From Candidatus Nanopelagicales bacterium (GTDB lineage: Bacteria > Actinomycetota > Actinomycetes > S36-B12): DNA of 64,000 nt. Under the pieces are notes generated by a model. That model was not told where the DNA came from, did no database searches, and saw only the letters and a list, made by a program, of their open reading frames with translations. Below are positions 21,591 to 34,939 of this stretch, piece by piece (the first letter of the stretch is position 1; every line of letters begins with the position of its first letter). A program made the position numbers and the translations under genes. Location of the stretch: positions 37,189 through 101,188 of the forward strand of contig JAPKAV010000002.1 in assembly GCA_028825115.1 (NCBI GenBank), read 5' to 3'.

Positions 21591-22686
21591 GCGCAAGAGC
21601 TTTCGCGACCGTGTCAAGCAGTGATATCCAAGCCTGCTCAAATTTGGCGACTCCTTCAGCTTCAAGGGTATTGCACACCGATGTTGCGTCGATCCCGAGC
21701 TCCGCGAGCTGGCTCCAGATGGACGCAGACGCGCTGATAGTTCCTGAAACAGTGTCACCGAGAAATACACCGTGATCGGCTACGGCGAAGAGGGTTTTCT
21801 CTGGCATAGTGTTCACACAACCCGGTGCCACCAAATCAATTACGTAGCGGGTATCGGAGTAGGTGGGATCCTTCACCCCGGTCGAAGCCCAGAGCGGGCG
21901 TTGTGGCCGTGCATTGGGTAGTGCCTTCCAGCGCTCGCTTGCGAGCACATTAACATAGGCGCCCCACGCCAGACGTGCATTTGTGATGGCGGCTTGTCCC
22001 ATTAGCGCCATCGCCGCGGCATTGTCCTGTGTTGCAAGGAGTGAATCGACAGCGGAATCAACACGACTGATGAAAAAGGATGCGACTGATTCAATATTGG
22101 AGATGTCGTGCCCGCGTGTGTCTGCGAGTTCAAGCCCGGTCAAGTATGCATCCATGACTTCCACGTATCGATCCACCGAGAAAATTAAAGTGACGTTGAC
22201 GCTGATTCCACGACCGATGACTTCCGTGATGGCTGGTAAGCCTTCGCGGGTTGCGGGAATCTTAATCAATACATTATTTCGATCAACAAGGTTCCACAAC
22301 TCCTGGGCCTCGGCGATTGTTGCTTCGGTGTTGCGTGCGAGTCGGGGATCAACTTCAATTGATACCCGACCATCAGTTCCGCCGGATTGCGCGAACACAT
22401 CTGCGAAAATATCACAGGCGCTTCGCACATCGTCGGAAGTCATTAGTCTGACGGCGTGCTCCGCGTCGCTACCACCTTGTGCGAGAGCTGTGATTTGTGA
22501 AGCATAGGCGTCGGCACTGCCAGCGATAGCGCCTTCAAAGATAGACGGATTAGTGGTTACTCCGCGCACACTGTAAGCGTCGACCAATTCCTTGAGATTG
22601 CCACTGGTGATGCGCGTGCGAGTGAGGTCATCCAACCAAATACTGACCCCTGCTTTGGTGAGGGTCTGCAAAACTGCATTCATCAT
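21583..22686 (-). CDS. tal: transaldolase
   Basis: 367 aa of the actinobacterial long form, with SIWLDDL and [10 protein letters not shown] motifs and the Schiff-base Lys context (LIKIPAT). Confidence 0.95.
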   Translation of the reverse strand: MMNAVLQTLTKAGVSIWLDDLTRTRITSGNLKELVDAYSVRGVTTNPSIFEGAIAGSADAYASQITALAQGGSDAEHAVRLMTSDDVRSACDIFADVFAQSGGTDGRVSIEVDPRLARNTEATIAEAQELWNLVDRNNVLIKIPATREGLPAITEVIGRGISVNVTLIFSVDRYVEVMDAYLTGLELADTRGHDISNIESVASFFISRVDSAVDSLLATQDNAAAMALMGQAAITNARLAWGAYVNVLASERWKALPNARPQRPLWASTGVKDPTYSDTRYVIDLVAPGCVNTMPEKTLFAVADHGVFLGDTVSGTISASASIWSQLAELGIDATSVCNTLEAEGVAKFEQAWISLLDTVAKALARA

Positions 22687-22710
22687 TGCTCCAAGCTGAT
22701 TTGTCGGCTT

Positions 22711-24771
22711 CTATTTTTTTAGGGTCTTAAATACCGCGGTTACAACCACCACGGCCGTAATTCCAAACTCGGTGAAAAGTACCGGCGCGCTGGCGCTTGC
22801 TCCAAAATGGTCGAGTCCCACTACTTCACCACTATCACCCACAAACCTGTGCCAGCCTAATGTCGCTCCCGCCTCCACCGCAACCCGCGCGATGATGTGC
22901 GGCGGCAAAACTTGATCACGATAAGCCTGTGACTGCTGGTCAAACCATTCAATGCACGGCATGGAAACTACTTGCACATGCACGCCCTGAGAATTGAGGG
23001 TTTCCTTAGCAGCAAGAGCGACACTGACCTCGGAGCCGGTGGCAATTATTATGGCTTTGGGATCTGAGTCGCTGGCAAGTATGTATCCGCCTCGGGCCAC
23101 ACCTGCGGTAATCTGCGAGGTCTCTTGTTCAAGGTGGGGGAGATCCTGACGCGAAAGAATTAGCCCGACGGGAACGCGACGCTTCACATTTTCAACCCAC
23201 GCGGCGGCGGTTTCTCTGGCATCAGCTGGCCGCACCACACTTAATCCGGGGATGGCCCGCAATGACCAGAGGTGTTCCACGGGCTGGTGGGTTGGGCCAT
23301 CTTCACCGAGGCCAATTGAGTCATGTGTCCACACGTAGGTAACGTCCGTTTGCATCAATGCCGCTATGCGTACGGCACCGCGCATGTAGTCACTAAATAC
23401 CAAGAACGTTCCACCAAATGGTTTGGTTAACCCATCGAGTGCAATCCCGTTAAGAGCAGCACCCATTGCGTGCTCACGAATTCCAAAGTGAATATTCCGT
23501 CCGTATGGCGATGAAGTGTCACTAAAATGCGGAAGAAAACTGGGCGAGCCCTCGATCCAAGTCAGGTTTGATTCGGCAAGATCCGCCGATCCGCCCCACA
23601 TCTCCGGTAGCTGGACCGCGAGAGCATTTAGTACTTGTCCTGACGCTTTGCGAGTTGAGGTGGCTCCGCCGGCGGGGTAAGTCGGCAGGTGTGAGGCAAG
23701 ATCTACGGGCAGTTCCTTTGCCAGCAAGCGATCAAGAAGTTCAGCGGCCGGGCCGTTCCCTTCTCGCCACGTTGCCATGTCCGCGTCCCAATTTTTTCGT
23801 GCGTTGACCGTTCGTTGACGAAGTGCAGTGCGCACTCGATCTAAAAGGACGGGATCAAATGCGAAACTCTGCTGCGGATCCAGTCCAAGTTCCCGCTTAA
23901 GTGCCGCGACTTCGGCATTACCAAGTGCTGAACCGTGTGCCTTCGCCGTACCACGCGCTGCGGGTGCAGGCCACGCGATTGTTGTGCGCATCCGAATAAA
24001 ACTTGGTGCACGCGTGGTGTTCGCGGCCTTAACCATCGCAGCGTGCAAGGCAGGGATATCAACATCTCCATTGGCACACATGTCAATTTCGTGTACGTCC
24101 CAGCCGTAGGCGCGGTATCGATCTGAGACGTTCTCAGTAAAAGCAACTTCGGTGTCTCCCTCGATGGAGATCCGATTGTCATCCCAGATCACATTGAGGT
24201 GTCCCAATTTTTGGGTTCCGGCGAGGGAGGATGCTTCACCGGAAATTCCCTCTTGTAAATCGCCATCAGAAGCAATCACCCAGACACGGTGTGCAAATGG
24301 CGCCTGGGGGAACAGCCCGGCTTCAAACCGCCCTGACATCGCCATTCCCACAGCGGTACCAAGTCCCTGACCGAGTGGGCCAGTGGTGGTTTCAACGCCA
24401 ACCGTGTGTCCAAATTCGGGGTGTCCAGGAGTCTGACTCCGCAACGTGCGGAAGGACTTCAGATCGTCCATGCTCAGCGGGTAACCACAAAGAAAGAGTT
24501 GGGAGTACAGGGTCAGGCTGGAGTGGCCGGCTGAAAGAATAAAGCGATCTCGGCCGAGCCATTGGGGATCTGTCGGATCATGGGTCATGATTTTGTTGAA
24601 AAGCAGATAGGCGGCGGGTGCAAGACTCATGGCTGTTCCGGGGTGCCCATTCCCCACCTTTTGCACGGCGTCGGCTGCTAAGGCCCGCAAGTAGTCGATC
24701 GTGCGTTGATCATCGGCGTTCCAGTCGAGTGTGGTCTCTAGATTCATGGGTACCGCAGGCGCAAATTTCAT
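22711..24771 (-). CDS. tkt: transketolase
   Basis: 686 aa with GNGHPG and GDG.LQEG ThDP motifs. ATG 24747 is an alternative start. Confidence 0.96.
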   Translation of the reverse strand: MKFAPAVPMNLETTLDWNADDQRTIDYLRALAADAVQKVGNGHPGTAMSLAPAAYLLFNKIMTHDPTDPQWLGRDRFILSAGHSSLTLYSQLFLCGYPLSMDDLKSFRTLRSQTPGHPEFGHTVGVETTTGPLGQGLGTAVGMAMSGRFEAGLFPQAPFAHRVWVIASDGDLQEGISGEASSLAGTQKLGHLNVIWDDNRISIEGDTEVAFTENVSDRYRAYGWDVHEIDMCANGDVDIPALHAAMVKAANTTRAPSFIRMRTTIAWPAPAARGTAKAHGSALGNAEVAALKRELGLDPQQSFAFDPVLLDRVRTALRQRTVNARKNWDADMATWREGNGPAAELLDRLLAKELPVDLASHLPTYPAGGATSTRKASGQVLNALAVQLPEMWGGSADLAESNLTWIEGSPSFLPHFSDTSSPYGRNIHFGIREHAMGAALNGIALDGLTKPFGGTFLVFSDYMRGAVRIAALMQTDVTYVWTHDSIGLGEDGPTHQPVEHLWSLRAIPGLSVVRPADARETAAAWVENVKRRVPVGLILSRQDLPHLEQETSQITAGVARGGYILASDSDPKAIIIATGSEVSVALAAKETLNSQGVHVQVVSMPCIEWFDQQSQAYRDQVLPPHIIARVAVEAGATLGWHRFVGDSGEVVGLDHFGASASAPVLFTEFGITAVVVVTAVFKTLKK

Positions 24772-24871
24772 GTGCTAAGTCTATCGGTGAGTATGGGCGG
24801 CTTTGTAGCGCTCCAAATGCCAGCCGCCACCAGGACAAGCGACCACGACAAACATTGAGTATGTTTGAGCA

Positions 24872-25777
24872 GTGTCAATGGTTGGGGTACGAAATCGAAT
24901 CGCACCATATTTCTGGGTGACCAAACCCCGGATCGTTGAGTTACTGCTGGCCACTGCCGTACCCACGCTGTTTCTCGCTTCTGGTGGCCTACCTTCACTG
25001 ATTGTGACACTGGCTGTCGTGATTGGCGGCTCAGCAGCGGCCGCAAGTGCGAATACCTATAACAGTGTGTACGACCGCGATATCGATGCAGTGATGCATC
25101 GAACGGGAAGTCGCCCAATGGCTTCTGGGGTGATAAGCGTTCGGGCAGGTGTGATTCAGGCGTCCGTTTTGGGTGTGATCAGTGTGCTGACTTTGGGACT
25201 ACTGACTAACTGGTTAGCAGCATTTCTAGGATTTCTCGCGATAGCGCTTTATGCCCTCGCATATACGGTCTTGCTTAAGCGCTCGACGCCACAAAATATT
25301 GTGTGGGGAGGTGCGGCCGGTTGTATGCCGGTGTTGATCGCTTGGGCTGCGGTGACTGGAACGTTGGGTTGGACTCCGGCGGTTCTGTTTGCGATTGTCT
25401 TTTTTTGGACTCCGGCGCACTATTGGCCACTGGCAATCAAATACCGCGATGATTACGCAGCGGCCGGTATCCCCATGCTTCCCGTCGTAGCCCCTGCTCG
25501 CGTGGTGACGCGAAACGTGGTCGTGTATTCAATTGCTATGGCGATTTCCTCCATCGTGCTTATCCCCATTGCTCCGATGGGCTGGGTGTACACGATCGGC
25601 GCGGTGATACTGGGCGCGTGGTTCATTGTGATTTCATTGGGTCTCGTGAAACTTTCCCATCGCAATAACGCGAACTACGCGGACTTACAAGCACCCGCAA
25701 TGAAGGTTTTTCACGGATCAATTACCTACTTGGCGCTGCTTTTCCTACTCATTGGCGTTACCCCGTTCCTTCCCTAA
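24872..25777 (+). CDS. ctaB: heme o synthase (protoheme IX farnesyltransferase)
   Basis: 301-aa UbiA-type polytopic ORF with a TKPRI start region and NxxxDxxxD (NSVYDRDID). Start is GTG 24872 or ATG 24878. Confidence 0.92.
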   Translation: MSMVGVRNRIAPYFWVTKPRIVELLLATAVPTLFLASGGLPSLIVTLAVVIGGSAAAASANTYNSVYDRDIDAVMHRTGSRPMASGVISVRAGVIQASVLGVISVLTLGLLTNWLAAFLGFLAIALYALAYTVLLKRSTPQNIVWGGAAGCMPVLIAWAAVTGTLGWTPAVLFAIVFFWTPAHYWPLAIKYRDDYAAAGIPMLPVVAPARVVTRNVVVYSIAMAISSIVLIPIAPMGWVYTIGAVILGAWFIVISLGLVKLSHRNNANYADLQAPAMKVFHGSITYLALLFLLIGVTPFLP

Positions 25778-25791
25778 CTTGAGTGGGGGAC

Positions 25792-26742
25792 TTAGACAGG
25801 ATTCGTCTGTGACGACGCGACGCCGCGAACGCGCATCGAAAACGGAATGAACAGAACGGTTATCCACGTGAGCACGGCGCCGGCCACGTGAACTGCCACG
25901 AGGGCACTGGGTAGTCCCGTGAAGTACTGCACGTAGCCGATTCCGCCTTGAGTGATTGTTACCCCAATGAGAAGAATCGTCCGCTTACGCATTGAGCCAG
26001 TACTGTTGAACAGCATGAGTGAAACGAGTAGCCCGATGAGTAAACCAATGAACAGAAAGACCGTGTCTGCGTGCAGCACGGCAACAGTTTGCGGGTCATA
26101 AGAGAAACGAGCCTCGCTTTGCGCATCGCCGCTGTGCGGTCCACTGCCTGTTGTGATGACACCGAGCACAACTACGAGCGCGGCCACACTCACCATCAAC
26201 CAGGTGAGAAAGCGCACGGGTGTGGGAGCTAGTCGAGTAACTGGTTGGTCGCCAGGATCACCAGAGCGAGCAACTAGCGCAACCGCGGCAGTAACCAGGA
26301 TCATGGACAATAAAAAGTGGGCGGACACGATCAGGGGGTGAAGGCCCGTGAGAACCGTGACCCCACCCAGTACGGCTTGAACTGCTGTGCCCACAAAAGG
26401 GATTACCGATAGAACGATTATGGCTGGTCGCTGAGCGATGCCGGCGCGTCTGCGGGACCGGACATTAATGAACATCGCCACGAGTACCGCAATCGCGACT
26501 ATCACTACTACGAACGTGAGTAGTCGGTTGCCGAACTCAATGTACTTGTGAAAGACCTCTTCTTGCCGTGCGGTGGGCGTATAAGACCCCTCCACGCACT
26601 CTGGCCAAGTCGGGCAACCGAGACCCGATCCGGTCAATCGCACGACGGCTCCGGTCACGATTATTGTTGATTGTGCTACTAGATTGGCAACAAAGATTGC
26701 TCGAACCCAGCGGGGGATCGGGGAGGAAGTCGCGGTGCGCAT
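25792..26742 (-). CDS. ctaA: heme A synthase (COX15/CtaA family)
   Basis: 316-aa polytopic ORF with the conserved GSGLGCP.WP.C N-terminal loop and paired His-containing helices. It is convergent with ctaB. Confidence 0.88.
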   Translation of the reverse strand: MRTATSSPIPRWVRAIFVANLVAQSTIIVTGAVVRLTGSGLGCPTWPECVEGSYTPTARQEEVFHKYIEFGNRLLTFVVVIVAIAVLVAMFINVRSRRRAGIAQRPAIIVLSVIPFVGTAVQAVLGGVTVLTGLHPLIVSAHFLLSMILVTAAVALVARSGDPGDQPVTRLAPTPVRFLTWLMVSVAALVVVLGVITTGSGPHSGDAQSEARFSYDPQTVAVLHADTVFLFIGLLIGLLVSLMLFNSTGSMRKRTILLIGVTITQGGIGYVQYFTGLPSALVAVHVAGAVLTWITVLFIPFSMRVRGVASSQTNPV

Positions 26743-26760
26743 GTCGCCACTCTAAGTTGA

Positions 26761-27489
26761 TTAACGCCACTTGAAAAATCGAGAAGCCAAGACGTGACCA
26801 ATAACACCCCAGCCCAGAAGTACCAGCACGGCCGTAAGGATGCTCGCATCTGCAGTACCACTTGTGACTATCGAGGCTTCCATGACGTGTTTAAGAGCCA
26901 GCGGCGGGAAAAACTCGAGCACATGTGTTAATTCTGTGCTGAAGGTAAAGAGAACTCCGCCGAGCAAGAGGACGCAAAGGAAGACGGCGTTGGCAATCGC
27001 CAGAACGGCTTCTGCGCGAAGTGTGCCTGCCAGCAGATACGCAAATCCGCTGATGCTAAACACGCCGAGGGCGATCGAAATCGGAATGAGAACAGCGCTG
27101 GTTGCGGGGATCCAGCCCAGTAGAAGGGCAGCAACGAGCGTGAATATCCCGGCGAAAAGAGCAAGGAGGAAGCTTCCGGCGCTTTTGGCCAACACAACTT
27201 CAACACGTGTGAGTGAAGTTGTGCCCAGGAAAACTAGGGTGTCACTTCGTCGCTCAAACGCAGTGGCGATAGCAAGGGAGGTGAAACCGGCGGCAAATGT
27301 TGACACGGTGAGAACGGTGGCAAATCCGAGTGAAACAGGGCTGTTTTGACCCCCGATAATTGTCGTGTTGGTCAAAATGAACAAAATTAAGACGGGAATA
27401 ATGACTAGTAACAATGCCTGCTCGAAGTTGCGGGCATTAAGCCGGAACTCCCATTTGGTTTGGATCAACAAACGACGCATTGAATTCAC
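26761..27489 (-). CDS. ABC-2 type transporter permease
   Basis: 242 aa with six predicted TM segments. It is coupled by a 4-nt overlap to the upstream ATPase. Same position as the mycobacterial ABC pair between ctaA and sufR. Confidence 0.8.
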   Translation of the reverse strand: MNSMRRLLIQTKWEFRLNARNFEQALLLVIIPVLILFILTNTTIIGGQNSPVSLGFATVLTVSTFAAGFTSLAIATAFERRSDTLVFLGTTSLTRVEVVLAKSAGSFLLALFAGIFTLVAALLLGWIPATSAVLIPISIALGVFSISGFAYLLAGTLRAEAVLAIANAVFLCVLLLGGVLFTFSTELTHVLEFFPPLALKHVMEASIVTSGTADASILTAVLVLLGWGVIGHVLASRFFKWR

Positions 27490-28445
27490 GCAGTATCCCC
27501 ACCTAGCAAAAGGTCTTCTACATCCTCCATTACCCCACCCAGCTGCCGTACTTGCACATCAGAAACTTCAGCACCTATCTGGGCACAAAAATTCATCACA
27601 GTTGCGATAAAAGCAGCGTTGATGTGTGGCTGGCTGGTTATGGAGTATCGGCCGTTGATCGTCTCCAAAATTTTGACGCCTTCAGGGAGGGCGTCGTGCA
27701 GCCCTCTCAGATCGAGATTGGACCTACTAGTAAACGTCAGGCGAAAGGCCGAACTCGTCGGACTCGTACTCGAGTCATAAGCCACTACGCCGTCTTTCAG
27801 TGCAATCACGCGGCTATCAATGCTTTCCAGATCTTCCAGAATGTGTGTGGAGACCAACACACTGCTGTGCGCCGGAACGACACTTGCTAAAACTGCATAG
27901 AGATCTCGCCGGCCCTGGGGGTCTAAGCCCGCCGTCGGTTCATCGAGAATGACAATTCGTGCACCCGGCATTAACGCCGCAGCGCACTTAAGCCTTTGCA
28001 ATTCACCGCCTGAAAGGTTTTTGATCAGCGCTCCGGTGTTGAGTGCGAACGCCTGCACCAGAAAGTCCACGGTGGGAGTCATCGTCCTATTGGGTGAGGA
28101 TGCATACAAATCATGTAAATATTTCAGCAAGGCCAGCGGTGTGGCACTGGGATAGGGGCGCCCGTCTTGGAGGGCGACTCCCACTGTGTGAGTGCCCATT
28201 GAACGCCACACGCCGGGACTTTTGCCGAAGAGTGTGATCTGGCCGCTGGTGGGAGTGCGCAGTCCTGCGATTGTTTCAAGCAGGGTCGACTTACCGGCTC
28301 CGTTATTTCCCACGATCGCGGCCGTACCTGAACCGAAATCCAGGTTGATCCCCGAAATGCCACCGCCACCGGGATATGTCAGACTCAAGTCCACACAGCG
28401 AATGGCGAATGCGGTATCGGCGGGGACAGGGGGTTCGTCGGGCAC
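27486..28445 (-). CDS. ABC transporter ATP-binding protein
   Basis: Walker A GNNGAGKST, signature LSGGELQR and Walker B IVILDEPT. 319 aa. Confidence 0.92.
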   Translation of the reverse strand: MPDEPPVPADTAFAIRCVDLSLTYPGGGGISGINLDFGSGTAAIVGNNGAGKSTLLETIAGLRTPTSGQITLFGKSPGVWRSMGTHTVGVALQDGRPYPSATPLALLKYLHDLYASSPNRTMTPTVDFLVQAFALNTGALIKNLSGGELQRLKCAAALMPGARIVILDEPTAGLDPQGRRDLYAVLASVVPAHSSVLVSTHILEDLESIDSRVIALKDGVVAYDSSTSPTSSAFRLTFTSRSNLDLRGLHDALPEGVKILETINGRYSITSQPHINAAFIATVMNFCAQIGAEVSDVQVRQLGGVMEDVEDLLLGGDTA

Positions 28446-28504
28446 CCGCCCAGTCTAGACAGCGAATAGAGACACCCTGCACTTGCGCGTTTTAGAGAAT
28501 TAGG

Positions 28505-28518
28505 CAACAATTATGTTG
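28505..28518. promoter_or_regulatory. candidate SufR operator (CAAC-N6-GTTG palindrome)
   Basis: Direct read: CAACAATTATGTTG. Its last G is the first base of the sufR GTG start. The pattern equals the SufR operator consensus I recall for cyanobacterial and Streptomyces SufR. Confidence 0.55.
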
Positions 28519-29204
28519 TGAAATTCCCTGGAGGTGCCGCAGAGCGAGTGGCCCGAGTCTTGCTCGAGGTTGGCGCGGCCACGGCCGTAGAGGTTTCCCA
28601 CACATTAGGAACCTCGGTGCAGGCCACGCGCAGGTCCCTAGCCACACTTCTCGAGGCAGGTCTTGTGGAATCGCATCAGCGCACCCCATTTGGTCCCACT
28701 CCGACCCGCGGGCGGGGCAGGCCCAGCGTCACCTACTCCCTCACTCCCTTGGGTCGAAGCGCATGTGACCAAAGCTACGATGACCTGGCATTGGAGAGTC
28801 TTCGTTTTATTGACCGCAAATTTGGCCGATCCGCTGTGCGAGCGTTCGCCGCAGAGCGCGCGGCAAGAATGACAGCCGGGGGAGGTCTTCTTTCCATCGT
28901 CGATGTCCTCAATCGTGAGGGATACGCGGCCACTTTGGAGCTGGCATCGAATGATTCACGCTCCAATCAGCTGTGTCAACATCACTGTCCCGTGGTGTCG
29001 GCCGCGAGTGAATTCCCCGAATTATGCCAAGAGGAAACCAGGGCATTTAGTGCCGCATTGGGTCAACACGTGACGAGATTGGCAACATTGGCCCAAGGTG
29101 ACCCAATTTGTACGACATTGATTCCCCAACAAGTTTCCCATCAACAAATGAACGTAACTACACACACACGCATACCGCGAAAAAGTCGAGAGGTAACAGC
29201 ATGA
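28518..29204 (+). CDS. sufR: SufR-type winged-helix transcriptional regulator of the suf operon
   Basis: 228 aa with an N-terminal wHTH ([38 protein letters not shown]) and C-terminal Cys residues (CQHHCPV...C). It is the first gene of the suf cluster, and its stop overlaps the sufB ATG. Confidence 0.85.
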   Translation: MKFPGGAAERVARVLLEVGAATAVEVSHTLGTSVQATRRSLATLLEAGLVESHQRTPFGPTPTRGRGRPSVTYSLTPLGRSACDQSYDDLALESLRFIDRKFGRSAVRAFAAERAARMTAGGGLLSIVDVLNREGYAATLELASNDSRSNQLCQHHCPVVSAASEFPELCQEETRAFSAALGQHVTRLATLAQGDPICTTLIPQQVSHQQMNVTTHTRIPRKSREVTA

Positions 29205-30664
29205 GTACAACTATCCCCAACGCCAAGATTGAAACGGCCAAAAGTAAGGCCGCCAAGATTGAACAAGACGCGACGATTGAGTCTCTGGCAAATTACGACT
29301 ATGGCTGGAGCGATGAAAATGACGCTGGAACAAATGCGCGGCGAGGCATCAACGAAGAGGTGGTCCGTGACATCTCAGCAAAAAAGAATGAGCCGCAGTG
29401 GATGTTGGACTTACGTCTCAAGGGCTTAAGGCTCTTTGAAAAGAAGCCGATGCCACATTGGGGTTCGGATTTGACCGGGATTCACTTCGACACTATTAAA
29501 TACTTTGTCCGGTCAACCGAGAAACAGGCAACAGACTGGAATGACCTGCCCGACGATATCAAGAACACCTACGACCGCTTAGGAATCCCCGAAGCAGAGA
29601 AGCAACGCCTCGTGGGTGGTGTAGCCGCTCAATACGAGTCCGAAGTGGTGTATCACAACATCCGTGAAGATCTGGAGGAGCAGGGTGTCATTTTCGTCGA
29701 CACCGATACAGCTCTGAGAGAGCATGAAGAATTACTCAAAGAGTATTTCGGGACTATTATTCCTGTGGGCGACAATAAGTTCGCAGCGTTAAACACCTCA
29801 GTGTGGTCCGGTGGATCGTTTATCTATGTCCCCAAGGGCGTGAAGGTCGACATTCCACTGCAGGCTTACTTCAGGATCAATACCGAAAATATGGGTCAGT
29901 TTGAGCGTACGTTGATCATTGTCGACGAAGACGCGTACGTGCATTATGTTGAAGGATGCACTGCGCCCATTTACTCCAGCGATTCGCTTCACTCCGCTGT
30001 GGTGGAGATCATTGTGAAAAAGGGTGGTCGTTGTCGTTACACCACGATCCAAAACTGGTCGACCAACGTATACAACCTGGTCACCAAACGTGCGGTCGCC
30101 CAAGAGGGTGCCACGATGGAGTGGGTGGACGGAAATCTTGGCAGCAAGGTGACCATGAAGTACCCAGCCGTTGTTATGACGGGTGAGCACGCTCGCGGTG
30201 AGACCCTTTCAGTTGCATTGGCTGGGCCCGGTCAACATCAAGACGCTGGCGCCAAAATGGTCCACGCGGCGCCACACACTTCATCGTCGATTATCAGCAA
30301 GTCCGTCGCACGCGGCGGCGGTCGCACCAGCTACCGCGGATTGGTCAAGGTAATTGAAGGATCACATCACTCTAAGAGCACGGTAAAGTGTGATGCCTTG
30401 TTGATTGACGACATCAGCCGCTCAGACACCTACCCCTATGTAGATGTACGCGAGGATGACGTCCAGATGGGCCATGAAGCAACAGTCTCGAAGGTGAGTG
30501 CAGAACAGCTGTTCTACCTCATGTCACGTGGCATGAACGAAGATGAAGCAATGGCCATGATTGTGCGCGGTTTTGTTGAGCCCATTGCGCGTGAACTGCC
30601 CATGGAATACGCAATCGAACTCAATCGTTTGATCGAACTCCAAATGGAAGGGGCTGTTGGGTGA
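29201..30664 (+). CDS. sufB: Fe-S cluster assembly scaffold SufB
   Basis: ATG 29201 (ATGA overlap with sufR) gives 487 aa. The SufB core is highly conserved (FIYVPKGV...YTTIQNWS...GHEATVSKV). Confidence 0.95.
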   Translation: MSTTIPNAKIETAKSKAAKIEQDATIESLANYDYGWSDENDAGTNARRGINEEVVRDISAKKNEPQWMLDLRLKGLRLFEKKPMPHWGSDLTGIHFDTIKYFVRSTEKQATDWNDLPDDIKNTYDRLGIPEAEKQRLVGGVAAQYESEVVYHNIREDLEEQGVIFVDTDTALREHEELLKEYFGTIIPVGDNKFAALNTSVWSGGSFIYVPKGVKVDIPLQAYFRINTENMGQFERTLIIVDEDAYVHYVEGCTAPIYSSDSLHSAVVEIIVKKGGRCRYTTIQNWSTNVYNLVTKRAVAQEGATMEWVDGNLGSKVTMKYPAVVMTGEHARGETLSVALAGPGQHQDAGAKMVHAAPHTSSSIISKSVARGGGRTSYRGLVKVIEGSHHSKSTVKCDALLIDDISRSDTYPYVDVREDDVQMGHEATVSKVSAEQLFYLMSRGMNEDEAMAMIVRGFVEPIARELPMEYAIELNRLIELQMEGAVG

Positions 30665-31785
30665 CCGCTCCCACTGTCGCACCGGCAACGGATCTCGCAC
30701 CTCGCATCTTTTCTCGCAACATTGACGATTTTGACGTACCCCACGGTAGGGAGGAGGAGTGGCGGTTCGCGCCCATCAAGCAGCTTGCTGAATTTTTTGA
30801 ACCTGCAACTTGGGGGAGCGTGGGCGTCGCAGGAGAACACGATGCGTTGGTTGAGTGTGTTGAGATCAACGATTCTCGGCTCTCCCAGAATTGGATGCCA
30901 ACCGATCGCCCCAGTGCGATCGCGCGGGCTAAGGCAACACACGCAGTACTGATCACAATTGCTAAAGAATCGGTTCATTCCACTCCGATTGTGGTCAATC
31001 TTGAGAATTCTGGAGAAAACAGTTACCTACACGTTGAGGTTCATGCTGGTGCATTTTCCAAAGCACAAGTAGTTCTGATACATGACACAACGGGAAACGT
31101 GAATGGTTCAATGCTTTCCATAGTCGAAGATCAAGCGGACCTCACCATGCTGTCTGTGATTGATGCGGACCTCGCAGTAACACAGCATCTTCATTGGTTC
31201 ACCGAAGTGGGACGCGATGCAAATTTTCTCGGGTTGTCTATCACTCTGGGAGGTGGTGTGATCCGTACAGTTCCCATGGTTACTTATCGAGCCCCTGGGG
31301 GGAAGGCCCAAATGCTAGGCGCTTTCCTACTGACGGGTCGCCAATTCCAAGAGCACCGGATCCTTGTTGATCACACCGAGCCACACTGCACGAGCAACGT
31401 GATTTACAAAGGGGCGCTAAGCGGTGAGGGGGCGCACTCGGTGTGGATAGGTGACGTACTTGTTCGACGGGAAGCAACCGGGATTGAGACTTACGAGCTC
31501 AATCGGAACCTATTGCTCACGGACGGCCCGCGAGCTGACTCAGTGCCCAACCTCGAGTTAGAAACAGGTGATGTTATCTCGGCTGGGCATGCAAGTGCCA
31601 CGGGTCGATTTGATGACGAGCAATTGTTTTACTTGCAGTCACGCGGCATCCCCGAGGCAACCGCTCGTCAGCTTGTCGTTCGAGGGTTCTTTGTTGAAGT
31701 GTTGAACAAAATTGATGACCCTAACTTGAGGGGCTCACTAATGCATCGGATCGAGTCGAAGTTGGGGATTGTCGACCATGAGTGA
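30661..31785 (+). CDS. sufD: Fe-S cluster assembly protein SufD
   Basis: 374 aa with a SufBD beta-helix C-terminal region ([22 protein letters not shown]). GTGA overlap with sufB. Confidence 0.92.
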   Translation: MTAPTVAPATDLAPRIFSRNIDDFDVPHGREEEWRFAPIKQLAEFFEPATWGSVGVAGEHDALVECVEINDSRLSQNWMPTDRPSAIARAKATHAVLITIAKESVHSTPIVVNLENSGENSYLHVEVHAGAFSKAQVVLIHDTTGNVNGSMLSIVEDQADLTMLSVIDADLAVTQHLHWFTEVGRDANFLGLSITLGGGVIRTVPMVTYRAPGGKAQMLGAFLLTGRQFQEHRILVDHTEPHCTSNVIYKGALSGEGAHSVWIGDVLVRREATGIETYELNRNLLLTDGPRADSVPNLELETGDVISAGHASATGRFDDEQLFYLQSRGIPEATARQLVVRGFFVEVLNKIDDPNLRGSLMHRIESKLGIVDHE

Positions 31786-32106
31786 ATCACACCAAATCGG
31801 CATCGTGTCTGACGTTCCCCCGGGGACGGCACGTCAATTTGAAATCGGAGACGAGCTTATTGTCGTTGTCAACACTGCTGAAGGATTGTTCGCAATTGAG
31901 GATCGATGCTCCCATGCCGACGTCGCTTTGTCCGAGGGTGAAGTTGACGGGTGCCTGATCGAATGCTGGTTGCACGGTTCAGCATTCGACGTTCGTACCG
32001 GCGTGCCCACCTCGCTACCAGCGGTTACGCCGGTGAAAATTTTTTCCATTTCCGCAGATTCTACTGACCCTAGTAGTCCGATTTACCTTACGAAAGGCAC
32101 GACTCA

Positions 32107-32110
<4 letters not shown>
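31778..32110 (+). CDS. Rieske [2Fe-2S] ferredoxin-like protein embedded in the suf operon
   Basis: CSH...CxxH Rieske motif (RCSHADV...IECWLHGS). The ATG 31778 overlaps the sufD stop. This suf-embedded Rieske gene is common in Actinobacteria. Confidence 0.88.
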
Positions 32111-34588
<2,478 letters not shown>

Positions 34589-34590
34589 TC

Positions 34591-34902
34591 GTGGCCGTAA
34601 CCGACGAAGATGTAATTGAAGCAATGAAGGATGTCATTGACCCCGAATTGGGTATAAATGTTGTGGACCTCGGTTTAGTGTATGGCGTAACGGTGGACGA
34701 GAACAACAGCGCCACAGTCGATATGACCCTCACATCCGCCGCGTGTCCACTCACCGATGTGATCGAAGATCAGACGCGCTCTGCCTTGGATCCGATAGTG
34801 GCCGACTTCAAAATCAACTGGGTGTGGATGCCGCCTTGGGGACCGGACAAGATCACAGACGATGGTCGCGACATGCTTCAGTCCCTTGGGTTCAACATCT
34901 GA
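34591..34902 (+). CDS. sufT: DUF59/MIP18-family Fe-S assembly factor (SufT-like)
   Basis: 103 aa with DPELGINVVDLGLVY and LTSAACPL motifs. It is the last gene of the suf cluster. GTG start. Confidence 0.85.
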   Translation: MAVTDEDVIEAMKDVIDPELGINVVDLGLVYGVTVDENNSATVDMTLTSAACPLTDVIEDQTRSALDPIVADFKINWVWMPPWGPDKITDDGRDMLQSLGFNI

Positions 34903-34939
34903 TTAAGCCAAATCTCGGTCAGGCTAGACTAGAGCGGTC

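Noticed and set aside
21591-21770. N-terminal extensions of listed ORFs that overlap upstream genes. These are zwf to 21770, coaE from 1510, yvcK from 12659, sufB from 29108, the FHA gene from 44980, lnt to 55268, the M24 peptidase to 58370 and the amidohydrolase to 56877.
   Set aside because: Homology-like sequence begins at internal start codons. Those starts give classic 1/4/8-nt coupling overlaps or have SD sequences. The extensions would create long out-of-frame overlaps with well-supported genes.
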